Shown here one piece after another: positions 23,211 through 36,100 of a stretch of DNA of 64,000 nt. The DNA comes from Gracilinanus agilis (Eukaryota). Numbering within the stretch: the stretch's first letter is position 1; each line of letters begins with the position of its first letter. The position numbers and the translations under genes were made by a program. The stretch covers positions 43,921,166 through 43,985,165 of the forward strand of contig NC_058135.1 in NCBI RefSeq assembly GCF_016433145.1, written 5' to 3'. The notes under the pieces were generated by a model. It made no database searches and was not told the DNA's origin. It was given only the letters and a program-made list of their open reading frames with translations.

Positions 23211-25585
23211 ATGGAGTTTGACTGACACTCAATGCATGCGCTAGTGCTCACGCTTACAGACCTGAAATTTAATGATTCAACAGCTCTGTGATATTTGAGG
23301 TGGTGCTCCCCCCAAATCTAAAACAAACCCAAAAGCCCACAAAAATATTGCTAAAGATCAAGGATCTGCAGAGATGACCCAATAGGAAAGAACTCTAGTG
23401 ACTGGTAAGTAGCTGAATTTTTTCCAATGTGCAAAGCCACACAGTGCATGATCTCTCTAAATGCTGAACCTAATGGTAATCTCACTGTTCTGTATAGTTG
23501 AATGCAATCATTGACCAATTTTGTATTAACTTTTGTAGTATTTTTTAAACTAGACGTGTGGTTCATTTGGGATAGGATTCTGCCTCTTCCAAAGCAACTC
23601 CGTATCATTTCTGTAATTTATTGTCTCAAAATGTCATCTAGAAGTTAAAGGACTCATCCACAGAGAGCCAGTGTCAGAGGTAGAGCTGACTCCAAATCTA
23701 ATTGACTCCAAGGCTAGCTCTCTATCTGTGCTACTTCCTAATTTTTATATTAAGGAAAATCATGCCTAAAAAAAAGGGCATTACTTTTTTTATTTCCCCC
23801 TCATACCTCCCAAATTTACTTTTGCTAATGTTTATTCTCCTTTTTCTTGGACTCTTTTTAAAGGGGATCAGATTTCTAATCCTTCTTTAGAAGTTGAGCT
23901 CATTTTAAACCTGGAGGGAATCCTAATCTATAATCTTCCTTTTCTTTCGGATCTATTCTGTAAAGAGCCCCTTTCATAATGAAGTCTCCCCCTTTCCTCA
24001 CACTCACCTCCTAATAAAGTTTCAGTTTTATGCACAAACTCAAACAGGCAAATTCCCCTCAGAGTGGTCTGCTGGGCTATCTTCAGAGGTTTCTCTTATT
24101 TTCTCTATAACCTATGTTAAAAGTCAGAAGAAGAAAAGGTAGCCTGTTACTCCAGAGGCCACTAAAAAGGTCCTTGGCCCATAAACTTAGGAAGAAAGTG
24201 CCTAACCCTCTGATAAATAAACTGAAACCTATGAAATGAAATGAAATGAAATAACTCCTCTGAATTCATCCATGTAATGAGTGGCCGAGCTTGGACACAC
24301 ATCCATGTCCTCCAACTCCAAATCAAGTACTCTTTCCTTCAAACTGGGCTGCTTCCCAATGACTGATTCCTCTTCCCATAGTCCAGTCCTACTTCCTAGC
24401 TCACCCACTCTCTCATCCACTAATGCAGCATGACCATGATGCGTAGATTAATGGAAAAGCTGTCTGAGGTATGCATGCTGCAAAGAAAAATTGTTTTGCT
24501 GAGAGAACATAGATGTTTATCTTCAGTTAACCAAAAGGTAATTTAAAAGAAGTTGAAGGAAGTACTTTAAAATGACATACTATTTTTGAGTTAGCTAGTA
24601 ATGAAAAGAAGGTATGTTGTGTAAACTTGACAATACTGTAGTCCTCCTTCCACTTTAACCTTTTTTTCTGGAGAAGGAGGTATTAGGCTTTCTATTGGCT
24701 TTTTTCCTTTTCCTTTTGCTTCACTGTAGGTGCTTTATTCTCATTGTCCAATGAAGAACTCTTGTGGAAATGTGAGACACAAAACACATGTTAGAATATG
24801 AAACTAGTTAGTTACCTAGGAAAAGATGATGGCTGACAAATGTACCTAGTCCCCATTGACTCTCAGTCTCCTCCCTTCTAAAACCAGTGTTTTTCTCTGT
24901 ATTGCTTGGATATGTCATTGTAAATGGATAAAATGGACAGTAGGGAAACATTTGTAAATAACCACTTCTTTTCTTTTTCAAAATGATGTTTCTTGCTAAC
25001 AATCTTGAAAGTTCTACTTGCAGACACCCAGAACAAACAACTTGCTCCTTTGTCTTATACCTATTTCATTATTCATTATAAACTACTGCCTTGGAGGATT
25101 CTGAAAGCTTTCTTTTTTCTTTTTCTTTTCTTTTTTTTTTTTTGGCCTTTATTAAACTTGCTTTTTCCTCTAAGCTTTTCATATTCTTCGTGATTTCCTG
25201 CAATTTCATTTACATACCAAATGGCAGCAGCATTATACACCATGCTTCTTAAAAGAATCTGATGAAACTAGTGTGGTGATTATCTACTAAATAAGAACTT
25301 CTTGATTTTAAAATTTCCATTTATTATTGGCAGTAATCAGGGCTTTTATGCTTTATGCTCTGAAGGCAGAGGCACAGATATAGATATTGATATATATCTT
25401 TATGTATATCTATGTGAGCTTGAGTTTATTAGTTCAAATTAAATAGCTTTGGGTTCTCAATAGGAAAAATGGGAGACTTTCTATTTTTACAAATCTTACA
25501 GATTGTCAGTTCGTACAATTTGATCAATTCCAAGCATTTTGTTTAATAACTTGCCCTGATTTTTGTTGTATTTTCTTTTTTGTAG

Positions 25586-25714
25586 ATTCCCTGCAAGCTC
25601 AGCTTATCAATATGGGTGTTATTCCTACATTAGTGAAATTATTAGGCATCCACTGCCAAAATTCAGCTCTTACAGAGATGTGCCTTGTTGCGTTTGGCAA
25701 TTTAGCAGAACTTG
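25586..25714 (+). CDS. RAP1GDS1: RAP1GDS1 exon 6 (129 nt)
   Basis: ttttctttttgtag|ATTCC...GAACTTG|gtaagt. Translates DSLQAQLINMGVIPTLVKLLGIHCQNSALTEMCLVAFGNLAEL. Confidence 0.97.
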
Positions 25715-25834
25715 GTAAGTCTTTAGTCACAAGTCAAAACATATCTTCTGTTTAGTAATGTTTTGGTGAAATGAAAATGTGGGTAGTAAATTAAATAAAC
25801 TTAGTTGTATGCAAATGTTCCTTTTTATAATATT

Positions 25835-26175
25835 ACATTTTTTTAAACATTTATTAATGTTCATTTTTAACATGGTTACATGATTCATGCTCCTCCTTTC
25901 CCCTTCGCCCCCTGCAGTCCCCCCACCCGTGGCCAATGCACATTTCCACTAGTTTTGTCATGTGTCCTTGATCAAGACCAATTTCCAAGTTGTTGTTAGT
26001 TGCATTGGTGTGGTAGTTTTGAGTCCACACCCTCAATCATGTCCACCCCGACCCATGTGTTCAAGCAGTTGTTTTTCTTATATGTTTCCTCTCCTGCAGT
26101 CCTTCCTCTGAATGTGGGCAGCATCTTTACCATAAATCCCTCAGAATTGTCCTGGGTCATTGCATTGCTGCTGGT
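25835..26175 (-). mobile_element. L1 3' end fragment (younger marsupial L1 type)
   Basis: catggttacatgattcatg...cagaattgtcctgggtcattgcattgctg, homologous to the copies at 29330 and 37820. Confidence 0.75.
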
Positions 26176-26349
26176 ACAGAATATTACATTTTTTAACACT
26201 GTTTAGTTGCCTGTCTTGCCCTTTGAACTTCAGTTTATTCACTGAGGTATATCTTACATTGTTTAATGGCATTACATTTGAAGTAGTTTACAGTTTACCT
26301 TAGTATTCCTACATAAAGTTGAACATGTGATCAAGAATTGTATTCCTAG

Positions 26350-26537
26350 GGGGCAGCTGGGTAGCTCAGTGGCTTGAGAGCCAGCCCTAGAGACGGGAGG
26401 TCCTGGGTTCAAATCTGGCCTCAGACACTTCCCAGCCCTGTGACCCTGGGCAAGTCACTTGACCCCCATTGCCTACCCTTCCCACTCTTCTGCCTTGGAG
26501 ACTCCAAGACGGAAGGTAAGGGTTTAAAAAAAAAAAA
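26350..26537 (+). mobile_element. Young full-length opossum-type SINE (SINE1-like) with 17-bp TSD
   Basis: Head ggggcagctgggtagctcagtgg, B-box gggttcaaatc, CORE, tail ggtaagggttt(a)n; TSD AAGAATTGTATTCCT(A/G)G at 26333-26349 and 26538-26554. Confidence 0.93.
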
Positions 26538-26879
26538 AAGAATTGTATTCCTGGAGGTGTAGAAGAAGATGTAACTTATAAGCCTCTATCTGATTGTCAG
26601 CTAAGAGTATGAGGCTTTAATACTTCAGAAGAAAAAAGTGTTTTATTCATGAATAAGGGAGAAAAAAAGTGAGCCAATGAAAAGTAACAGTTTAAAACTA
26701 AAAGTTCACAGTAAAAAATGTAGATTATGTTCTGACCTTCTTTACATTATCCTTTTAAATGTGAGACTTTACTTGGCCCTCAATGTGGCCCATTTAAGTC
26801 AAAGCCATAAAAATCGGAAATTGTATATTTGTTTTCTCTTTTCAGCCAACTCTTGGTTCCCTATTTCAAATTTAGAGGA

Positions 26880-27280
26880 TTGAGAAATTATCTTTAAACA
26901 CTAGAGAACTGGTTTCTAGCCATACTAGCCTTCTTGCTGCCCCCACATATTTGGCATGGAATCTCCCACCTGAATGCAGGCTGATCTCCTTGACTGGAAT
27001 CTATTCCTTCTTCCCCTCCTAACCTCTATCAGTGCTCTTGATTCCCTTCCTTACTTAGTGTTTCCCTCCTCCTTTACTGATGGTCTACATACTTTTTGTT
27101 TATATGCATGTATGTTATGGTGTGCCATGTGCACACTCCCCACTCCCCCAAAACAGGGAATGGAAGTTTTCTATGGGCAGCGACTGTTTCCTGTTTGTCT
27201 TCCTCTCCCCAGGGCTTAGCATAATGCCTTGTACTTAGGACACACTAATAAGTAAGTGCTCATTGAATTGAAATGAATGT
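26880..27280 (+). mobile_element. L2 3' fragment
   Basis: Ends cccagggcttagcataatgccttgtacttagg...ctcattgaattgaaatgaatg. Confidence 0.55.
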
Positions 27281-27940
27281 AATAGAATTGAACAGTTTGA
27301 GGATTTTTATAGCCACTAGGTGGACACTCAGCCTTCCTTTCTCTAACAGATAGTTCCCACTGGTACCCCTGCATTCCTTTAGAAATACCACTTTTTAAAA
27401 AATAAGCAACTCAAAGTGTACTTCTGTCTCTTATTGCAACCACAACCACTAATTATGGGGAGTAGCCAGAGGCAAGTGACTGCTGGAATCTTAGCTAAAT
27501 ATTTAAGATGTTTGTCCTTTGCATACTGTTGTGAAGTTGGAAAAAACATCTGCACACCCAAAAAAGACTGATGTATGAGTGCACTTCCCCTAGAGTCTTT
27601 TCCCCTCTCCTCCATTTCATTTCCACCAGCCATCCCTGATCCATGCTCATATTCTTTCCCAATATCCATCATTTCAATGAAGCAGAATTTTCATTCTTCA
27701 GTGTTACGGTGGAAAAGGGTTCTGTCTATCCAGTGTAGTGGATTAAGTAGAAATGATGCTGAGTTCCTACACCGAGGCTTAAGTCTTTGTACCAGAAAAA
27801 TAAGGCTACCATGTTTGAGTCTCTCTCTGTTTTCTTTGTCTGCCTTTGTCACTCACTCCCTAAGCAGAAATCATATCCCTTTTATTCTGCAAGGGAGTCT
27901 TTTTTTTTCCCCAAAAAAATTATAGGACTCTCTTCTCAAC

Positions 27941-27971
<31 letters not shown>

Positions 27972-29520
27972 TCTAAGAAGGGAAATAACCCTTTGGAGAA
28001 GTAGTGATGCCTAAGAGCTTATGTCTCCGTAGTCACACATTGAGGTGTCACTTCAGGTTTATTTTCATCACGAGTGACTCAGCAGCTCTAGGTTAAAAAG
28101 CTGTGTGTGGCACTTAGTGACCCCTTCACTCCAAGCTGAGCAGCAGGTATGTTTCATCCCAGCACATACATCACTTGGTCCTAACAAAACCTCCTGCTTT
28201 TTTTGTTTAAGAATCCAGGGACAAGAACTAGTAGTGAAGGCCAAAGTTAGGTGGGCCTCATCTAGAGCCCAGGCAGAAAGGAATATGGGTCCAGGGTGGT
28301 TTGACTGGAAGCACCTTCCACCTCTCATGGAAAGGCCCTAGTTCTGCCATAAGTTCCCTCTTCTCAGGTTAGCATCTTCATGGCCGATTCAAACCTGCAT
28401 TTGATGATGCAAGGTCATACACATAGCAACTGGATTCCCAACTAAAAATGATCTGACACACAGTTTCACAAGATATTTTTTGCAAAGCCCCATTAAAAGC
28501 ATATTTCGTTTTACATCTGAAACATATGGTTGCTAGAGCATATATACAGATGAACCGCTTCCTGAGAGAAAAATTTGACAAAAGAATGAACTATTCCTAG
28601 TAACTAGTTTAACCAGTGTATTAATAGAAGATCTGGACTAATAATACATTAAATTGGCCTCATTTATTGATCCTTGAGATGAGTCAAATCAGTTGATTTA
28701 TAGGATTATAAAAAATATATAAATTATTAATTTCCAGGCTGTAGCCATATGGTTGATACATCACAAGACCTGATCCATGATGAGTAAAATAATTTCAAAT
28801 TCAGTTCTGTCAGCTTACATATGAAATATGCAGGATGTTAGATACTGGGGTTACAAACATGAAACAAAATATATCTCTTTTCTCAGGGAACCTACCATCT
28901 AGTTTTGCAGAGGGTAAAGAATAAAGGAAATATACATATGCAGAACATATCTTATAAGAAATGTATTGGAGAAATTAGAATAGTGCTATTAGAAGTTTGA
29001 GATTAGAGAATTTACTTTTACCTGGAGGAATCAGGGAAGAGACTGGTGGTTGAGAGGCTAATTAAAAAACTATTTTGATGGTCCAGATGAGAGATAGTGA
29101 AAGCCTAACCATTGTTGCAGTAGTGAGAGTTCAAAGTAATTAAATGGATATGAATATTGGGAAAATAGAACTGAGATTCCAAAGGTTCAAACCAGCATCT
29201 GGGGAAATTATAGAAAATTCTCAGTTTATGAGGATTTTATTATCTTTTTTCTTAAAATGTAAGTTTTTTTCCAAAACCCACTTATCTCTAAAAGACCTTT
29301 AATAAAATTTTTAAATTTATTTTACTTATTTTTAAATTTAAATTTAAGTTTAATTACTTAATTTAGAATGCTTTCCCATGGTTACATGAATCATGTTCTT
29401 TCCCTTTCCTCCTCCCACCTCCCTCCCGCCAAACAAGCAATTCCACTGGGTTTTACATGCATCATTGATCAAGACCTATTTCCATATCATTAATATTTGC
29501 ACTAGGGTGATCATTTAGAG

Positions 29521-30100
29521 CAGTGATTTCCAAAGTGGGCACCACTGCCTCCTGGTGGGTGCTGCAGCATTCCAGGGGGGCAGTGATGGCCACAGGTGCA
29601 TTTGCAAAAGGAGATCCCTATGGCTTATCCTAAAATATGGGCTGTAATTCAAAAGTTCTTAATTGCATTTCCTTCATCGTATTTAGTGGAATGTGGATTC
29701 AGTGCGGTAACCAATTTATTAACAACAACAAAAAAGAAACCAATTGCAAATAGTCAATCGCAGTGATTTAAGATTATTGCTGATGAAAATAGAGCCGAGG
29801 ATTACTAAACTGGTAGCAGCACACCAGGTTCATCCTTCTCATTAAGATGATTTTGAATGTTTTAACTTTTTTTGTATTACATTCTATTCTGAGTTCAATA
29901 AATAGTTTCATAATTTCAAAGTTCAATGTTTTTAATTTACACCTTTCTGTACTATATTTTACAAAGAAGGTAGAAACATTAATACATATATATTTCCTAT
30001 TAATTGCTATTAAAATTTAAAAAAAATTAATTTCCAGTGGGCTCTAAGTAATATTATTCTGGAAAGGAGGCGGTAGGCCAAAAAAGTTTGGGAACCACTG
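29521..30100 (+). mobile_element. hAT family 1 internal-deletion derivative (580 bp) carrying a transposase C-terminus
   Basis: TIRs CAGTGATTTCCAAAGT...AGTTTGGGAACCACTG; TSD ATTTAGAG/GTTTAGAG; coding remnant at 29602-29845. Confidence 0.93.
29602..29845 (+). pseudogene. hAT transposase C-terminal dimerisation-domain remnant (one frameshift)
   Basis: LQKEIPMAYPKIWAVIQKFLIAFPSSYLVECGFSAVTNLLT / frameshift in aca-repeat / KRNQLQIVNRSDLRLLLMKIEPRITKLVAAHQVHPSH*. Confidence 0.88.
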
Positions 30101-31789
30101 GTTTAGAGTCTACATGCCCAATCATATCCCCATTGAACCATGTAATCAAGCAGTTGTTTTTCTTCTGTGTTTCTACTCCCACAGTTCTTTCTCGGATGTG
30201 GATAGCGTTCTTTCTTATAAGACCCTCAGAATTGTCCTGGATCATTGGATTACTGTTAGTAGAGAAGTCTATTATATTCAATTTTACCACAATGTATCAG
30301 TCTCTGTGTACAATGTTCTCTTGGTTCTGCTCCTTTCATTCTATATCAATTCCTGGGGGTCGTTCCAGTTCACATGGAATTCCTCTAGTTCATTATTCTT
30401 TTTAGCACAATAGTATTCCATCACCAACAGATACCACAATTTGTTCAGCCATTCCCCAGTCAAAGGGCATCCCCTCATTTTCCAATTTTTTGCCACCATA
30501 AAGAGCGCAGCTATAAATATTTTTGTACAAGTCTTTTTCCTTATAATCTCTTTGGGGGTATAAACCCAGCTGTGGTGTAGCTAGATCAAAGGGCAGGCAG
30601 TCTTTTAAGTCTTTTAATGCCCTTTGGGCATAGTTCCAAATTGCCATCCAGAATGGTTGGATCAATTCACAACTCCGCCAACAGTGCATTAATGTCTCAA
30701 TTTTGCCACATCCCCATTGTTTTACTTCTTATGTGAATGTGTATTCACTATTTGTAGAGAGTAATCTATGTATGGTTTATCTTTCTTTTGTGAGTATAAG
30801 TAAAATTTGGAGCCAACTGTTTTTGTCTTCATTGTGGACTTAAGAGAATCCAGCATTTAAGATTTTTTATTAGCAACAGCAAAGAGATTCATTAACTTAC
30901 TTGCAGTATTTAATTACTTATACTAAACTGAATGTCTTTTTCTAGAAAATAGCCCCCAAATGGAAGAGACCCTACACAATCAGAGATTAAAGTATTTGTA
31001 ATGAATACCATGCCAACTGATGCCCTTAAATAAAAATAAAAGACTTTTTGTTCAAGAGTGAACTGTCTGACACAACATTGCCCAAACAATGTGGGGAAGA
31101 ATGGGAAATTCTGGGAAGAATGAAGATGTGTGACTACAGGCTGATTCTGTATAGTTTATTCATTGGCATATTCTAGGGAGAATGGATAGCATTTAAGAAT
31201 AATTTAGTTTTTAAAACTTACTTTAAATGCCAATACCCTAACTAGGAGTATAGGGATGATTGTGGGGGTGATGGTGATTGTCATCCCTAAAGTTCAGTGT
31301 CTCTTTATGATCACCCAAAGTTCTTAAAGGCTACATTAATGGAGGGCAAGCTTTAATAGATCCTACCAATGTGTGAAAGAACTACAATCTTCATTAATGC
31401 CCTCACTATGTAATCAGGAATCTTTGAAGTGCTGTTATAATGATGACAATTGCTAATAGTAGTGGTCATGATTTAACCCAATAGTCCTTTTGTGGTAAAA
31501 TAGTACATTTGAAAAGTTTTTGTAGTAATAAAGAGTTTTGCCTGCATTATCATCTATTGTGCTTGATCCTCACAATTTCCCCTTGTGAAAGTATTCCTAT
31601 TCCCATTTTACAGATGAGAAAACTAAGAATGAAAGTTGTATAATTTGCCTAAAGTTTCACAACTAGTAAAGTGGCTGAGTTGGTTTTCTGATTCCCAAGT
31701 TCAGATTCTTTATATTATGGCACAATTCCCCCTAATAGATTAAGCCTATGATCAGTTATACCTTTCATTTTGTAATTCATTTTATTTTT

Positions 31790-32670
31790 AATTTATGATT
31801 TATTTTTGATGTTCATTAAAAATTTGTTTTTGAGATCCAAATTTTTGTCCTCTCACCCCTCCCCCAATTACACATGCAAAATCGTGCAAAAACATTTCTA
31901 TATTAGCCATGTTGCCAAAAAAAAGTTAAGAAAAATAAAGTTTAAAAATTATGCTTCTGTCTGCACCAAGACTCCATCCATTCTTTCTCTGGAGGTGGAG
32001 AGCATTTTTCATCATAAGTCTTTCATAATTGTCCTGGATCATTATATTGATTAGAATAGCCAAGACATTCACAGTTGATCATCATACAATATTGCTGTTA
32101 CTGTGTACGATATCCTCCTGGTTCTGTTCACTTCACTTTGCATCATTTCATATAAGTTTTTCCATCCTGCTTATCATTTCTTGTAGCATAGTAGTATTCC
32201 ATCAAATACCATAACTTCTTCAGCCATTCTCTGATTGAAGGGCTTCTTCTCAATTTCTAATTTTTTATTACCACAAAAAGAGTTTCTATAAATATTTTTA
32301 TTCATATAGGTCCTTTTCTTTTAATCTCTTGAGATATGGACTTGGTAGTGAGTGGTATTATGGAGTCAATGGGCTTGCATAGTTTTATAGCCCTTTGGCA
32401 TAGTTCCAAATTTCTCTCCAGAGTGGTTAGGTGAATTCACAACTCCACCAACAGTGTGTTAGTGTCCCTATTTTCCCACATCTCCTCCAATATTTTATAT
32501 TTTCCCTTTAAGTCATATTAACCAATCTGCTCGTGTGAAGTGGTACTTCAGAATTGTTTTAATTTGCACTTCTCCAATTAATAATAATTTATAGCATTTT
32601 TTCATATGTCTTAAGATAGCTTTGATGACTTCTGAAAATTGCCGTGTTCATATACTTTGACTAGTCATAT
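31790..32670 (-). mobile_element. L1 3' fragment
   Basis: Homologous to 5700-6850 but lacks the hAT insert. Confidence 0.8.
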
Positions 32671-33127
32671 TGTTTAAATAAAATATTTTCTATGGTTTTT
32701 TTCTTGGTTCATTATTCACTTATCTAATCCCTCAAAATGCAACACCTTAAACACAGGCAGGTAAGTCATGGAGAGAACAAATGGTCAGATAAATTATATC
32801 ATTCAGAATCAGGTAAAATGAGTTTTGATTTGGCTACTAAAGATAATTTGGGATGCACATTAGGGTAGGTTGAGGGGGACTCCAAATAACCAGAGAGCAG
32901 TATGAAGATCCTAGGCATACATGTGGGAGAATACTAAAAATAAACTTTGACAACTGAGCAGTTTTATTTGGGGCCCTAATAGCAGCTGCTGTGCTAATGA
33001 AAATCATCTCTCATGCTCCCTCTGGGTGTTGCCTGGTTTGATATATCAACATTCATTTGGAAGGCAGGAATCCAAAACTCCTCAATTCAACCCAAGTGTT
33101 CCAGACTGGTAGTTTATTGAAACAAAA

Positions 33128-36100
33128 TGAGACACTGCTAAGTCTTTCAGGAGTTAACATGGGGAGATTTACTTAGCCCTAGCAGTGGGATAGCCAGCCA
33201 ACTAGGATAGGCACTTGAGGACACCATGAATTGATTTATCTGAGCAAAGCTCCCCTGCCTGAGTTACCTGTTGTGTTCTGCCAACCATGCTTCAAACGGA
33301 TTCAGGAGACCATAAAATGATGTCAGTAGCCTGAGCCAATCAAATTTCCCCAGAGGGTTTTAGTACTTTATAAGGAACAATTAGCTTCTCTTAAGTGGGA
33401 GCAGGAGGTAGGATATTGCTCACACCCTACTGTCCTTTGGGGATAAAATTATTAAGGTCCTCCAGAGCAGCTGGAGCTCAAAACTATTATAGCCAGACCA
33501 GATTAAAATATAATTGGAAAATGTTTAACAAGATAAGTAAAAATGCAATATAATGCAGAGTATGTGAATTTGTGGTTTCCTATGTCACGGTGCAGCAGAG
33601 GTGTCAGTTTCCATTTTAGTTAGACATCAGAGTCCTAAAGCATCTTCTGTCATATAAATGACTTTGGGACTGTTACTGGTCAATCGTGATCTTGAGGATT
33701 CTAGGCAGCATTGAAAGAGGAAAAGAAAAATTAAAAATAGAAACATAGCAAAAACATTTGTTAGCTCCCTGAATAAATGATTGAATATGGAAGAGCAAGA
33801 ATAGAAATCCCAGTTTTTGTATCCCAGGCCTCATGTCTTCTTGGACAAGGCCTTGGTCTTAATGGGGTGATGCCAAGTCTTTGTGTTTGCGTTTGACTCT
33901 TAAAACAAAGGTGTGATCATGAGCAGCAAAAGGAATGGCAGGACCAAAGCAAAGATGCTGACTTTGGGCACCTGTCCTCAGCAGAGACTCGAGGGGATTG
34001 TCCTCTGCTGAAAGTCAAGATCTTATCAAATTTTTACCCATGAATGGCCTCTAAAGATTCTTCCTCCCTTCTTGTTGCAAGAAAATACCACCCCCTCCCA
34101 ACAGAGTTGCCCCTTATTCCTCAAAGCCCTCCCTGGGATGGAATTATACAGGGCATAGATTATAAAATAAGCTGTGCCCCTGCCTTTTGCTGTTGACCAT
34201 TCTAGTGCCCACTCTTTTACCTCTGGGTCACCATTGCTGATGGAAAGCTGGTCTACTAACTGTTGCTATCGGGGGCCATGGTGCCTTGGCCACTGTCACC
34301 TGGGCCTGTTAATCCTCACCCTGACAGGATCAGCTGCTGTCCTCTTTTGCCAAGCTTTGAGTGTTGCCTCAGGTGCTGCCACTAATCCCTTCTGCCAGCA
34401 CAAGATAACTACCACTCCTGGGGTTTGGGCTCTGCTACCCTCTATGTGCTAGGGCTGGACTCTTCCCATCAGCTAGTTCAGTGTTACATTAGTTCTGAAC
34501 TCTGTTGTATTGCTCAGTCCTTTATCCCTGAATATGACCAGCTTTATACAAATAGTTGCTACTGGCCTCGTGTGTTTGTAGGAGCTTTTTGGACACTGCC
34601 ACTTCTGGGCCTTAACTCTGCCTTCCTGTGCTGAAGCTTTTCAGCCAGGAGTATGCCTCCTTCTGCGTGGTCTACCATAGTTGATGATGTCAAAAACTGC
34701 CACACTGGACGACTCTTAGCAATTCCAAAGGATTCTAGTCAATCATACCAGGACTTTGGTTCCTTTTCCTACTAGTGGTAACCCTTCTTCTGTCAGTTGG
34801 CCTAGGGGTCCCAGAACTTCTGATGTTTTAACCTCCCAAGGCCTACCACCAAGACTAAGAATGCCCAGCTCAGGATCAGTCCCCTGGTTTCAGGGAGAGA
34901 AGTAAAATTAGAGACTCCTTTAGGCCAATCTGTGTGTTCTGTCTGCCATGTACAAGCAGAAGCTATTTCTGCCAAGGGCAGGGAAAGATGCCAGATATCT
35001 GGTGTGCTGGGTCCCCTCACTGGAAACTCCAAACAAGAGTGAGAGTGAAAATTTTTTAAATTGATACAGTACTTCTGCTTGTACTCTGCCAATCAGCCAG
35101 GGTACAGTTGGCACATTTATCCATATCTCAATTCCAGAAATGGCTCTTGGTTCCACTGTCCTCTCAAGTGCCTCCCACAATGGGTTGCACAAAAGAATCA
35201 TAACAGAGTCAATGTGACACAATTCTGATTGTTGCCTCAAATGCCAAATTAAAATAAAATAGCATCAGACAGCTTGTTTAGAGTTATTAGACAATCCTAA
35301 AATTTCAAGGATCTTTCTCAACTTGAACACATTCCTACACTGTTGGGTTCCCATGTATCACCCCTCAAGTGACTGGTGATGTCTCTGTACTGTAAGACTG
35401 ATGGCTGCTTGTTCAGCTTCATTGTCATTTCCAAAAAGCCATTTAAAAAATAGTTTACACAAATATAAATCCTTTAAAGCTGTGAGGGGCCTTCTTTCAG
35501 TAGCAAGGCAAAGGCACCTATTCCTACCAAAGGGGAAGCACATCATATCCTGTAACTGCCCACTTTTCAAATGTAGGGAAAATACTTTTCAGCCCCTCCT
35601 GGCTAATTTGAAAGCAAACTGAGTTCAGAGGAAATTGCCAAATAGACCTTGGAGGAAGCTTTCATTACCAGGCTGATGGCCCAGGAACAATATAGCTGGA
35701 GAGCTATCTCAATTATCTTCAAGGTATAATTCTTAAGGAAACAGTCTATATTCCCATCATCCTCTCCTTGCACACAGGCACTCTATAAACTTGCAGCGTT
35801 TGGGGATGCTTCACCAGCACCATTTTTTGAGCTTTCCCTAGAAGCACTACTGGGAGCATGGAGACCAATCAGGCCTCACTTTCTTCTGCGCTGCCCATCC
35901 TTCACTTGAATGATCTCATTTTATTCTAGCTTTGCTTGACCATGCAAATTGGTCTGGCCTGGGCTTGACTCAGGCTAAGTCTTTGGGAGTTGATATTTGA
36001 TACTGGAGCAATTTGAGACACTTGTTGGTCATTCAACAGTTAACAAAGGGAAATTCATTTATCTACAAGTGGGAGAAGTATATTTAATAGGGATATGAAC

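Larger units (their letters stand above)
29330..30720 (-). mobile_element. L1 3' fragment with ORF2 C-terminal remnant, interrupted by a hAT element
   Basis: Minus-strand ORF 30402-30689 (HCWRSCELIQPFW...LPFDLATPQLGLYP) resembles the L1 ORF2 C-terminus. Confidence 0.88.

Noticed and set aside
28402-28456. TGATGA...CTGA pair resembling a C/D snoRNA
   Set aside because: Only 55 nt, non-purine before the C box, no terminal stem, no obvious guide.
30402-30689. 95-aa minus-strand ORF as an independent gene
   Set aside because: It is an L1 ORF2 C-terminal remnant.
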